DNA of 41,510 nucleotides from sequence record NC_047742.1; one strand, 5' to 3'. Positions 34,174 through 41,510 of this stretch are shown here, piece by piece. Every line of letters begins with the position of its first letter. Position 1 is the stretch's first letter. The translations under genes and the position numbers were made by a program. The DNA comes from Enterobacteria phage IME_EC2. The notes beneath the pieces are model-generated. The model searched no databases. It had not been told where the DNA came from and was given only the letters and a program-made list of their open reading frames with translations.

Positions 34174-34643
34174 CAGTCACAGCCCCCGGACGAGTAGCTG
34201 GAGGAGTCGCTCCCGCTGTCGTAGCTGCTGCTGGACTCATAGCCGGAGGAGTGGCTGGTGTGGCGGCTGCTGTCGTCGCACACGCTGGAGACGCTGCTCG
34301 CTTCATACTGGCGGTGGCTGCTGCTGTCCCAGTCGTTCAGCGGGTTAAGAGGCGACACTGGGGAGATCGGGTTTAACGGGTTGAGGATGTGCATCGGGTC
34401 CGACGTCGGATCCTGCTGCGTACCGCGAGCCGCCGGGCGTTTGTCCTGCGCCATAGCGCGGGCCATTGCTGCGGCGTGGCTCTTGTTCGCCATGCTGCGC
34501 GGTGCGGTCAGTGTCCGATATCCCAGGACCTCGCCTACGGTCTTGTTACGGCACACGCTACAGATAAACTCTTTCTCCTCGGTCCATCCTCTCGGCTCCG
34601 TCGCGCCACAGGTGCGGCATTCTTTCGTTCTGGTGATTGACAT
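34173..34643 (-). CDS. zinc-ribbon protein with Ser-rich low-complexity C-terminal tail
   Basis: CRTC-x16-CSVC motif; LNPLNPISPVSPLNPLN and Ser-rich tail; trimmed to ATG (MSITRT). Confidence 0.5.
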   Translation of the reverse strand: MSITRTKECRTCGATEPRGWTEEKEFICSVCRNKTVGEVLGYRTLTAPRSMANKSHAAAMARAMAQDKRPAARGTQQDPTSDPMHILNPLNPISPVSPLNPLNDWDSSSHRQYEASSVSSVCDDSSRHTSHSSGYESSSSYDSGSDSSSYSSGGCD

Positions 34644-34709
34644 TGTTCGATCTCTCTCGTTGGGTGGAATTGGCCCCAGCATATCGCCGGGGCGCACATC
34701 ATGCAAGCG

Positions 34710-34892
34710 TTATCTAATGAAGGTATCGAAGAACCACAGCAGACCACAGACGCACAGGAACAGCGTCACGCCTCGCCATGCCAGATCGAGCCAGTCGATC
34801 GAGGTGTCCGGCTCTGCTGGTTTTATTACCCAGCCCGCCGCGATCTCGCGCTTCGTTGCTTCGAATTGTGCCAGCGTTACCGGGGGACGCAT
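34710..34892 (-). CDS. possible small membrane protein (60 aa)
   Basis: C-terminal hydrophobic segment LFLCVCGLLWFF; start uncertain, no clear SD. Confidence 0.3.
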   Translation of the reverse strand: MRPPVTLAQFEATKREIAAGWVIKPAEPDTSIDWLDLAWRGVTLFLCVCGLLWFFDTFIR

Positions 34893-34933
34893 GACGAAAA
34901 AGGGGGCGTTCCGATCCCCCCAGTCGCTGGCCC

Positions 34934-35893
34934 TCACTTTACGCGGCGATACTTCTCGACGTCGGACCATTCGACCACGCCAGCCTCCAGGATGTTCTCC
35001 CCGCCGCCATAGGTGCGGATCTCCACCACTTGATCGTCAGGGAGATCGTTCGGCTTGTACTGCCATTCCCACACGATCCAGTCCCCGACGGGTTGCCAGT
35101 CCTTCGACTGCTCGCCAGTCTGCGGACGGTCCAGCAGGGCGTCCAGCAGTTTCCCCGCCGTGTCGGCCCCGAAGCGCGTCCCGGTGAGTTGCTCGATCAG
35201 TTTGCGGCACTTCTCGGCGTTGCGAGCGTGCCAGCGGAGGCTCTGCTCCGTGTCCTGCTTGCTGCGGTTCTCCGACCACACGATCCGCTCGTGGTCCGTC
35301 TCGCAGTTGGTGATCTTCTCCTGCTGGCTATGCCACCAGACCAGATCGCGGAGTGCTCCGGTCCCCATCCTGAATACGTTCCAGTTATACGGGAGGCGCT
35401 TGTCGTCGCACTCCTTCACGTAGCGCTCCAGCAGTTCCACGCGCTGCTCTGCGTCCACTGCTGCGCGACGGTTGCGATCGCTGTCGTCTGCCTTCTTGAC
35501 CAGCTCGCGGGCCTTCTGCTCGGTCCATGCGATATGTTTCGGGTTGCCATCGATCGGGCGGAAGTGGGTCGGCACGTCCAGCGCGTCCAGGATGCCGCGA
35601 AGGTTCACGTAATACCCGTTCAGCTTCTCGTCCGCGTCGATCAGCGTCTGGATCCTTGCTTCCAGCGCCCGCTCGTGGGACTTGTCGCGCCACTTCTCGG
35701 ACTCCTTGAAAACGCGTTCCAGCGCGTCGTCGGAGAGGAGCGGAAGGTGGCACGGAGCCAGGTCCGGCTCGGCCTTAAAGCCCTGTTGAATCGCGTCCGT
35801 AACGTCGGCGATCCAGTTGGCCCGGTACTGGATGCGCTGGCGGGCTTCGGTGGAGTTGAGCGCGTAGGCCACGCCCTTGTCGTGTGAGTTCAT
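34934..35893 (-). CDS. hypothetical protein (319 aa)
   Basis: ORF track; long, diverse composition; no family recognised. Confidence 0.6.
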   Translation of the reverse strand: MNSHDKGVAYALNSTEARQRIQYRANWIADVTDAIQQGFKAEPDLAPCHLPLLSDDALERVFKESEKWRDKSHERALEARIQTLIDADEKLNGYYVNLRGILDALDVPTHFRPIDGNPKHIAWTEQKARELVKKADDSDRNRRAAVDAEQRVELLERYVKECDDKRLPYNWNVFRMGTGALRDLVWWHSQQEKITNCETDHERIVWSENRSKQDTEQSLRWHARNAEKCRKLIEQLTGTRFGADTAGKLLDALLDRPQTGEQSKDWQPVGDWIVWEWQYKPNDLPDDQVVEIRTYGGGENILEAGVVEWSDVEKYRRVK

Positions 35894-35939
35894 GCTGTAG
35901 ATCCTCTGGTTGGTTGCCCCGTTGCCGGGGCTGGTGGAG

Positions 35940-36140
35940 TTAAAAGCCGTCGTAGTAGCCAGGCAGTGCGCGGAGAGCCGCTTCGTCGTCGATCAGGTCC
36001 CACTCGGTCGGCTCAATGTCTGCCGCCTCTGCCATCTCGTGGGCGATGATACCAGCCACCAGCGGGGAGACGTTGCCCGTCGCTTTCTGGCGCTCGATCT
36101 CTGCCTGAATATCTGCGAGTGTATCGGATAATGATTTCAT
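35940..36140 (-). CDS. hypothetical protein (66 aa, acidic)
   Basis: ATG with GGGAGA SD; first gene after promoter cassette copy 5. Confidence 0.55.
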   Translation of the reverse strand: MKSLSDTLADIQAEIERQKATGNVSPLVAGIIAHEMAEAADIEPTEWDLIDDEAALRALPGYYDGF

Positions 36141-36211
36141 GATGTTCTCCCGGTCAGTGGCGGGACCATTTCCCGCCGTCAGAAGAACTATAACAACATT
36201 TGATAAGTGCG

Positions 36212-36230
36212 TTTTAGCAATTCGTGCTAT
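36212..36230 (-). promoter_or_regulatory. Promoter-like dyad copy 5 (ATAGCACGAATTGCTAAAA on minus strand), TATAGT 22 bp downstream
   Basis: Read directly; flanking about 90 bp nearly identical to copy 1 (inverted) and copy 4. Confidence 0.5.
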
Positions 36231-36499
36231 TCGATGCCGTCATAACGCCCGGCCTTGAACAGTGTCCCGTTTCGCCAGTCGTTCCACGCGAAGTAGGGCC
36301 AGATCACCAGCGTAACAGCCAGCACGAGGACCGCCAGCAATGCCACGATGAAGGCGACGAGAGGGATCAGGGAGGGAGGGATGGCCCTCACCTCCTCCGC
36401 CATCTTGCGGCCCAGGTAGGCCGCTGCTCCCGCCCTGCATTCCATGATGATATAAGCGACGCCCAGCATCAGGAAAGAGGCGATCAGTTCGTAGATCAT
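36227..36499 (-). CDS. small membrane protein (90 aa, 2-3 TM)
   Basis: Hydrophobic segments IASFLMLGVAYIIM and LIPLVAFIVALLAVLVLAVTLVIW. Confidence 0.55.
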   Translation of the reverse strand: MIYELIASFLMLGVAYIIMECRAGAAAYLGRKMAEEVRAIPPSLIPLVAFIVALLAVLVLAVTLVIWPYFAWNDWRNGTLFKAGRYDGIE

Positions 36500-36856
36500 T
36501 CAGTACATCCCATTAGTGAGTAAGTATAAACGACGGTTCCGCATGGAGCGGACCATCTGCGAGGATCCCCAGCCACCAGGCACACGGAACATCAGCCCGG
36601 AGCCAGCGGCCCGGCAATAAAGGCGGTTGCGGTCGCGGAAGTCGCGAAGCTGTCGCCCGGTCTGCGTCCCCTTCGGGTCCACCAGCAGACAAAACACTGG
36701 CGGCTCGCCGTAGCGATCCCGGAGGTCGGCGAGGTGCTTCTCCACCATCTCCGCCACGGCGTTCTCCGCTGCCTCCTTCGCGCAATCATCGCACATCCCG
36801 CCCTCCCTTCCCGACGGGATCGGGAGGTGGCAACGTTTGCAGTAATCAAAGACCAT
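36500..36856 (-). CDS. Cys-rich protein (118 aa; CKRCH ... CDDC)
   Basis: ORF track; possible zinc finger; two overlapping alternative-frame ORFs judged spurious. Confidence 0.5.
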   Translation of the reverse strand: MVFDYCKRCHLPIPSGREGGMCDDCAKEAAENAVAEMVEKHLADLRDRYGEPPVFCLLVDPKGTQTGRQLRDFRDRNRLYCRAAGSGLMFRVPGGWGSSQMVRSMRNRRLYLLTNGMY

Positions 36857-37127
36857 CAGATAATCCCTCGCTCATGTTGTCGGCGACCTGCTGCATGTAG
36901 ATCGCGTAAAGGTTCTGGCCTATCGCCAGGATATCCTCCGGGCGGAGGATGGCCCGCGCCGTGTGGACGTTGGAGAGCGCCGCCACCAGGACGTCGCGCT
37001 GTACGTGGTTAAGCCGGAGTTCGCCCCACGCCGGGGAGTCTGCCCGGTGGATCACCTGCTCGATCTTGAGGTGGTCGAACCACACGAGGATCTCGCGCTC
37101 GTCTGGCTTTTCGGTTGCGTCTGTCAT
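36846..37127 (-). CDS. hypothetical protein (93 aa)
   Basis: ORF track. Confidence 0.5.
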   Translation of the reverse strand: MTDATEKPDEREILVWFDHLKIEQVIHRADSPAWGELRLNHVQRDVLVAALSNVHTARAILRPEDILAIGQNLYAIYMQQVADNMSEGLSDGL

Positions 37128-37170
37128 TGGATCCTCCCAGGATGCCCGGCTCTCGACCGGGCGGTGGTTG

Positions 37171-37389
37171 TCAGATGTTCGCGGCGATGAATGCCAGGAC
37201 TTCGCGGAGGTGCTTCTCGTCGCGGATAGTGGCTGGCAATTCCTCTTTCACGCTGCTGTCGAGGTAGATATTGCCATTCCATGTATAAGAGCCGTTAGGG
37301 TTGACCAGATAGGAGAACATCCACTCACAATCATTGTCAGCTTCCCACACGCACAGCAGGATCTTTCCGTCGTCGTTGATATCTTCCAT
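37171..37389 (-). CDS. hypothetical protein (72 aa)
   Basis: ORF track; preferred over overlapping low-complexity ORF 37248..37511. Confidence 0.5.
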   Translation of the reverse strand: MEDINDDGKILLCVWEADNDCEWMFSYLVNPNGSYTWNGNIYLDSSVKEELPATIRDEKHLREVLAFIAANI

Positions 37390-37518
37390 CGTAACGTCCA
37401 GGCCGCGCTTAACTGCGTATTTTTGGTGGTTGCGTTGACTGCTGTCATGGTCTTGCCCTCTGAGTTGGTGGGCGTCTCGTCGCCCGGTGAAAACATATTA
37501 TCAATTATCACCGGGGAC

Positions 37519-37537
37519 GTTTTAGCAATTCGTGCTA
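37519..37537 (-). promoter_or_regulatory. Promoter-like dyad copy 6 (ATAGCACGAATTGCTAAAA on minus strand), TAATAT 22 bp downstream
   Basis: Read directly; overlaps the stop of the upstream small ORF. Confidence 0.5.
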
Positions 37538-37717
37538 TTTATCCTTTCTCATTCGACGGAGTGATCGGACCAGATCGACGACGGCCCAGCCAGACGCCAG
37601 CAGGAACGGCGCGAGGACCGCCAGCTTTTCCCAGTTGGTCAGGATCGCGTCGGTCCCTCTGGTCATGCCGATCCAGGCTATCACCAGGACCTCGTAAGCG
37701 AAGGCGAGCCAGATCAT
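37535..37717 (-). CDS. small membrane protein (60 aa)
   Basis: Two hydrophobic segments; ORF track. Confidence 0.45.
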   Translation of the reverse strand: MIWLAFAYEVLVIAWIGMTRGTDAILTNWEKLAVLAPFLLASGWAVVDLVRSLRRMRKDK

Positions 37718-37947
37718 TTCCCCAGCCTCACCTTGCGGACGATCGTAGCTGCGGTGTCGTAGGCGTCGCGCTGCCGGGGTGAGACGCTGCTCTCCCGGAG
37801 TTCGACCAGACCACGCTCCAGGACTTCCAGCGCGGCCCAGCGCCCGGACAAGTCCATGATCACCTCCTCGGCGTCGCGGTCGATCTTGCCTGGCGGGTGT
37901 CCCTCCGCCATCAGCTTGATCTCCTCGGTGGTCATTGGCTTACGCAT
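37714..37947 (-). CDS. hypothetical protein (77 aa)
   Basis: ORF track; ATGA overlap. Confidence 0.5.
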   Translation of the reverse strand: MRKPMTTEEIKLMAEGHPPGKIDRDAEEVIMDLSGRWAALEVLERGLVELRESSVSPRQRDAYDTAATIVRKVRLGK

Positions 37948-38236
37948 CAGCGCCCCCTTTCGGTCCCAGCTCCTGGTCGATAAAGTCCTGCGCCATGCGG
38001 TCGGCGTCCTCTGCGTTCGCGTTCTGGATGGCCTCCAGTTGCTTCTTGCGGTGGTCGTGGAGGAAGCTCTCGACGGCCTGGTGTGCGAGCGCCGTCGCCT
38101 GGTTGTGGGTGTAGCCCTTGCGCTTAAACTGGGCGTAAGCGTTATCGAGCAACGTCTGGCGCTGGTGTGGGCCTACATACATACGCGAGATATCCGCGAC
38201 GCCTGATTTCTGCCCTGCATTGTCTTTCATCATCAT
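37940..38236 (-). CDS. hypothetical protein (98 aa)
   Basis: ORF track. Confidence 0.5.
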   Translation of the reverse strand: MMMKDNAGQKSGVADISRMYVGPHQRQTLLDNAYAQFKRKGYTHNQATALAHQAVESFLHDHRKKQLEAIQNANAEDADRMAQDFIDQELGPKGGADA

Positions 38237-38266
38237 CTCCTCGTTTCCTCGTCGTCGTGACGGGCC

Positions 38267-38455
38267 TCACATCAGGCCCAGCATGTTAAACACGATCGCC
38301 GCCAGTCCGACCACGATCGCGCCGATGGTTGTCGCCACCATCAGGAAGTAATTCCACAATCCGAACCGTTCGATCCAGTGGTTCGATCGTGCTGGTTCAA
38401 CCTGTCCGACTGCTGTCCGTCGGGGGAATAAAATCACGTTGTTATCGTCGCTCAT
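38267..38455 (-). CDS. small membrane protein (62 aa)
   Basis: C-terminal TM segment LMVATTIGAIVVGLAAIVF. Confidence 0.45.
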   Translation of the reverse strand: MSDDNNVILFPRRTAVGQVEPARSNHWIERFGLWNYFLMVATTIGAIVVGLAAIVFNMLGLM

Positions 38456-38640
38456 TTCGCATCACTTATCAATGATTATTTAAGCGGGGATTTTTCGGGG
38501 GTGGCCCCCGATTTTTACCCCCTGATTTCCGCATTAACGATTTGCCATAAACCTGTTAACACTTCTCTTGTAACTTCATGAATCTGTTATGTTAATTTTC
38601 AGTTCATAGTTAACGTTGTTTAGACTTTCCGGCATATGTT

Positions 38641-38692
38641 GTTAACGTTACGCGTTTATCCCTCTCTCTATAAGAGAGGGGATAACGTTAAC
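38641..38692. repeat. 52-bp imperfect palindrome (GTTAACGTTA ... TAACGTTAAC outer arms) in AT-rich iteron-like region
   Basis: Outer 10-bp arms are exact reverse complements; inner arms TATCCCTCTCTC / GAGAGGGGATA nearly so; further GTTAAC(GTT) copies nearby. Confidence 0.6.
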
Positions 38693-38848
38693 GGAACACA
38701 ACGCCCCGTTAAAAGTCACTCAGATCGTCGGATCCTTCGGTCGGTTTCCAGTCGGTCGGGAGTGGCTTCTGATCCCGGATTCCACCCAGGAGCGGAGCCG
38801 CTTCGGTTGAGGCGGTCAGCGTTTCGTCCCCTGCCATTTTGATGATCA

Positions 38849-40396
38849 TCATTTTTTGGTCGCATGTTCGAAGGCGTGGAAAAAGTCCGTCCGCTTAATC
38901 GGCGGCTCTGCGAAGTTGCGGAAGTGATCGGATAACATGCCTTTGGTCAGCTTCGGCAAGCGGTAGCCCTTGTCCTTGCGCTGCTGCGAGTATTCCACGA
39001 CGTAGGCCAGCAGTCGGATCGCCTGTTCCTCCTTCTTGCTGCGCTTGCGCGTGTCCTCCGGCTTCTCGCCCTCGTCCTTCTCGGCTGGCACTGCCTCCAG
39101 CGCGTTAATGACGACCAGCGTCCCCAGGTTGTCGCCGATCTCCCACGCCGCCGGGTTGGCCTTCGCCTCCGGGCGTACAGGCTGCATCCTCGCCAGCGCC
39201 TCGCGCTTCATCTTCACCAGGTCAGGCGGTAACTTCGCGGACTTCGTGCGCATGGCTCGCGCCGGGAGAAGCGCACAGCCTTTGGCCTTCGTGTGCTCAA
39301 TCACAAAAAGCTCTTTGTCCTTGCACTTCTTCACCATGATCTCGAATCCGGCGTTTGCCCTGAGCGTTGACGCGCCACGAGCGCCGCGCTCGGTGTCCTT
39401 CCCGGTGTGGTGGATGATCATCACGGCACAGTTAAGCCATTCAGCCAGTAACGCCGCGTTACGCATCAGGATCGCCGCCACGTTGTTGTCGTTCTCGTTG
39501 AAGTCGGTCCCGCCCTCCCAGCGGTCCGGCTCGTCGCCCTTGCCTGGGATCATGCGCTCGCCCACTTTCTGGCCCGCGCTGTTGGCGCTGTAGGTATCGA
39601 TCACGATCAGGGAAAGCGGGTTCAGGCCGAAGAATGGGGACGCCTTGATGGTTGCCGCGAACGTCTGGAGTTCGCTCTCGCGGTGTAGTGGGACCTGCTG
39701 GGACAATACCCAAAAGTTGGGTAACGGCTCGTTCTTGTTCTGCGTGTACTTCCATCCCGCGTAACGTTCACGGACGCCGCTCGCATCCTCCGGCGCGAAG
39801 TACATCACGGATCCCTGTCGGACTGGCAAGCCGCCGAAGTCGATCCCGGTGGCGACACAAATCGCCATTTGTAACGCTGCGAACGTTTTCTTTGCGCCGG
39901 ACTCGCCGACCAGGAAGCCCACGGAGCGCTCCGGGATCAGCGACTGGATCACATAGTTAACGGGCTTGATCTCGTTCGACTTGTTCAGGCTGGCGATCAG
40001 CGGGTCGTCCATTGCCTCGACCGCCAGCGCCTCGTCGATCTTCTTGCGCTGCTTCTCGCGCTGCTTCGCGAGGAGTTCCTGGCGACGTGCTTCGTCCTTC
40101 TCCTCGTCGGTGAGGTCTGACGTCTTGACGATCGTCGGCTTGTCGTTGCGGACGGTTGCCGTCCACTCTGCGGCCTCGTGCTCGTCGAAGTCGAAGAACG
40201 CCCCGGCATCCTGGGCGGATTCTGCTTCTCTCGCCGCGTACAGGCTGGCCTGTTCCTCGTAGAACTCCATAGGAGCCTCTGGCACGTCGTCAGCAGGTGG
40301 AGGCGTTACCGGGCCGGAGAACTCGCCCCGGACCATCTCGATCAGCTCCTCCTCGCTGCGCTCTGGTGTCGGCATTACTTCATCATAATCAGTCAT
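38849..40396 (-). CDS. RepA-like RecA-fold AAA ATPase (putative replicative helicase)
   Basis: Walker A GESGAKKT, Walker B-like LIVIDTYS, IIHHTGKD; acidic disordered N-terminal region. Confidence 0.7.
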   Translation of the reverse strand: MTDYDEVMPTPERSEEELIEMVRGEFSGPVTPPPADDVPEAPMEFYEEQASLYAAREAESAQDAGAFFDFDEHEAAEWTATVRNDKPTIVKTSDLTDEEKDEARRQELLAKQREKQRKKIDEALAVEAMDDPLIASLNKSNEIKPVNYVIQSLIPERSVGFLVGESGAKKTFAALQMAICVATGIDFGGLPVRQGSVMYFAPEDASGVRERYAGWKYTQNKNEPLPNFWVLSQQVPLHRESELQTFAATIKASPFFGLNPLSLIVIDTYSANSAGQKVGERMIPGKGDEPDRWEGGTDFNENDNNVAAILMRNAALLAEWLNCAVMIIHHTGKDTERGARGASTLRANAGFEIMVKKCKDKELFVIEHTKAKGCALLPARAMRTKSAKLPPDLVKMKREALARMQPVRPEAKANPAAWEIGDNLGTLVVINALEAVPAEKDEGEKPEDTRKRSKKEEQAIRLLAYVVEYSQQRKDKGYRLPKLTKGMLSDHFRNFAEPPIKRTDFFHAFEHATKK

Positions 40397-40536
40397 TGTC
40401 TTTTCCCTGCTGCGTTAATAAAGTGTTCATAACTTAACAGTGATTCATAACGCCGTCAATCCGCACCAGTAAAGAAAACTCTTTACATCACTGTTACGTC
40501 ATGTATGCTTAAAGACGAACAACAACGGAGGCGAAC

Positions 40537-40980
40537 GTGGACTTATTCAAACAGAAGCGAACTACGGCCCCGGCTACCGCCGGAGCGCCGCGCAAGACGG
40601 CGGCGGAGAAGCGCCAGGAGATACTCGACAAGATAGCGCCCACTGATCTGTCGGTGCTGGACGCTATCGACAAGGGGCTGATCGATCCGTTTGTACCCAC
40701 GGACGAGACTCGGAAGGCGTTCTCCATGCTCAAGCCGTCGGAGCAATTGTTCGCCGCGTTCTTCGAATGCCCCGGCGTTGACCAGCGGAAGCTCTCCGCG
40801 CTCTGCCGTCACACGGCAAAGATGGAACGCGCCGGACTGCTGCGTGATCTGCGCGTTGACCGTTCGAAGCTGGCCCCGCCAGTGTCGGATCCGATGGAGT
40901 TCCCCCCAGGCGTCGAGATTGGCCCGGAGTTGGCCCTCGCTGCCTTACAATGTAAACAAGCCATGAGGAAAGAGAGATGA
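40537..40980 (+). CDS. hypothetical protein (147 aa)
   Basis: GTG start with GGAGG SD; divergent from the AAA ATPase gene. Confidence 0.5.
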   Translation: MDLFKQKRTTAPATAGAPRKTAAEKRQEILDKIAPTDLSVLDAIDKGLIDPFVPTDETRKAFSMLKPSEQLFAAFFECPGVDQRKLSALCRHTAKMERAGLLRDLRVDRSKLAPPVSDPMEFPPGVEIGPELALAALQCKQAMRKER

Positions 40981-41510
40981 TCAGATATATCGCAGTAGGT
41001 GAGCCGGAATTTAATTGCGAGTGGTTCCTGAGTATCGCCGCGATCAATTCGTTCAGCCTGGACGAAAAGACCGGACGCGCCCGGCTCCACTACACGCTCC
41101 CCGACACGGAGGAGGGAACGATGGAGGATTGTCTGAGCGTGGAGCCGTTCGAAAAGGTTCGCCCGCTGCTGCTGGGTCTGCCGCCTGATCCGCTTATCCT
41201 GGATCTGAGTAAGGCCGAACAGGACAAGATCCGCCGGACGTTAAACGCCACCCAGCAGACGCTCGACGAACTCCAGCCACGGCTCCAGCCTGGCCCTACT
41301 GTCGGCCTCGACTCGGACGTGTGGGCCGTGGTCAAACTGCTGGAGTCTCGCGAGTGGGCCGAACACTGCACGACGACCGAACTCGGCGGACGACTGGAGG
41401 CTGAGATCACGAAGCTGATCGGGCATGATAACGCGGCGACGAACAAGCTCCAGCGGGCGGAGCAATTGCTGGCTGAGATCCATCACGCGGTAAACAACGA
41501 CGGCGGGCTG
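40977..41510 (+). CDS. hypothetical protein, 3' partial (runs off window end)
   Basis: ATG overlapping upstream stop (ATGA); 178 codons open to the last base; absent from ORF track because no stop is reached. Confidence 0.5.
   Translation, partial: MIRYIAVGEPEFNCEWFLSIAAINSFSLDEKTGRARLHYTLPDTEEGTMEDCLSVEPFEKVRPLLLGLPPDPLILDLSKAEQDKIRRTLNATQQTLDELQPRLQPGPTVGLDSDVWAVVKLLESREWAEHCTTTELGGRLEAEITKLIGHDNAATNKLQRAEQLLAEIHHAVNNDGGL

Noticed and set aside
36183-36230. Sigma54 promoter reading of the dyad (TAGCACG ... TTGCTA resembles TGGCACG-N4-TTGCA)
   Set aside because: The GG dinucleotide is AG in all copies and the spacing between the two elements is 2 bp too short.
37248-37511. 87-aa minus-strand ORF overlapping ORF 37171..37389
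   Set aside because: Low-complexity Thr/Ser-rich translation; the overlapping frame gives a normal-looking protein; most of it is probably 5' leader.
38636-38842. 68-aa plus-strand ORF in the long non-coding region
   Set aside because: Arg/Ser/Pro-rich, spans the palindrome, no SD; the region is more plausibly regulatory or an origin.
1-41510. CRISPR array or tRNA genes
   Set aside because: The only multi-copy repeats are the six dyad motifs and two hairpin elements, which are irregularly spaced and in both orientations; no T-loop-like GTTCRANYC context with a cloverleaf was seen.

Overview
The window (41,510 bp) reads as a complete or near-complete genome of a tailed phage, with no host flanks recognised. 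The minus strand carries a P22/Sf6-like podovirus morphogenesis module in canonical order (about 33.8 kb down to 14.0 kb): small terminase, large terminase, portal, scaffold, coat, gp4/gp10/gp26-like tail accessory proteins, gp7/gp20/gp16-like ejection proteins, and a tailspike with a P22-type N-terminal head-binding domain. The left end carries a lambda-type lysis cassette on the plus strand (S-like holin, R-like lytic transglycosylase, Rz with embedded Rz1). A plus-strand recombination/replication block (8.0-13.9 kb) encodes an SF2 helicase, VRR-NUC nuclease, PD-(D/E)xK exonuclease, ERF annealing protein, SSB, HNH endonuclease, an XRE HTH protein and a DUF2829/Tad2-like protein. Minus-strand early-type operons encode a phage Dam methyltransferase, a truncated DnaN-like clamp protein, a Zn-ribbon primase, a RepA-like AAA ATPase and many small ORFs. 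No integrase, tRNA, rRNA or CRISPR array was seen. The strongest non-coding signal is a dyad motif (ATAGCAC-N3-TTGCTAAA, core TAGCA-N5-TGCTA) present six times, always intergenic and in the same orientation ahead of the first gene of a gene block, with a -10-like hexamer at a fixed 22-23 bp; three copies sit in near-identical ~90-bp promoter-leader cassettes. Candidates for something new are the two-domain clamp-like protein in the Dam operon, the Tad2-like ORF, an HExxH ORF wedged between the terminase genes, and an accessory island between portal and scaffold. All homology calls are from reading the translations and recalling known families; no searches were run. Non-ORF coordinates were hand-counted and may be off by 1-2 nt (a few ORF-track ends disagreed with my count by 1).
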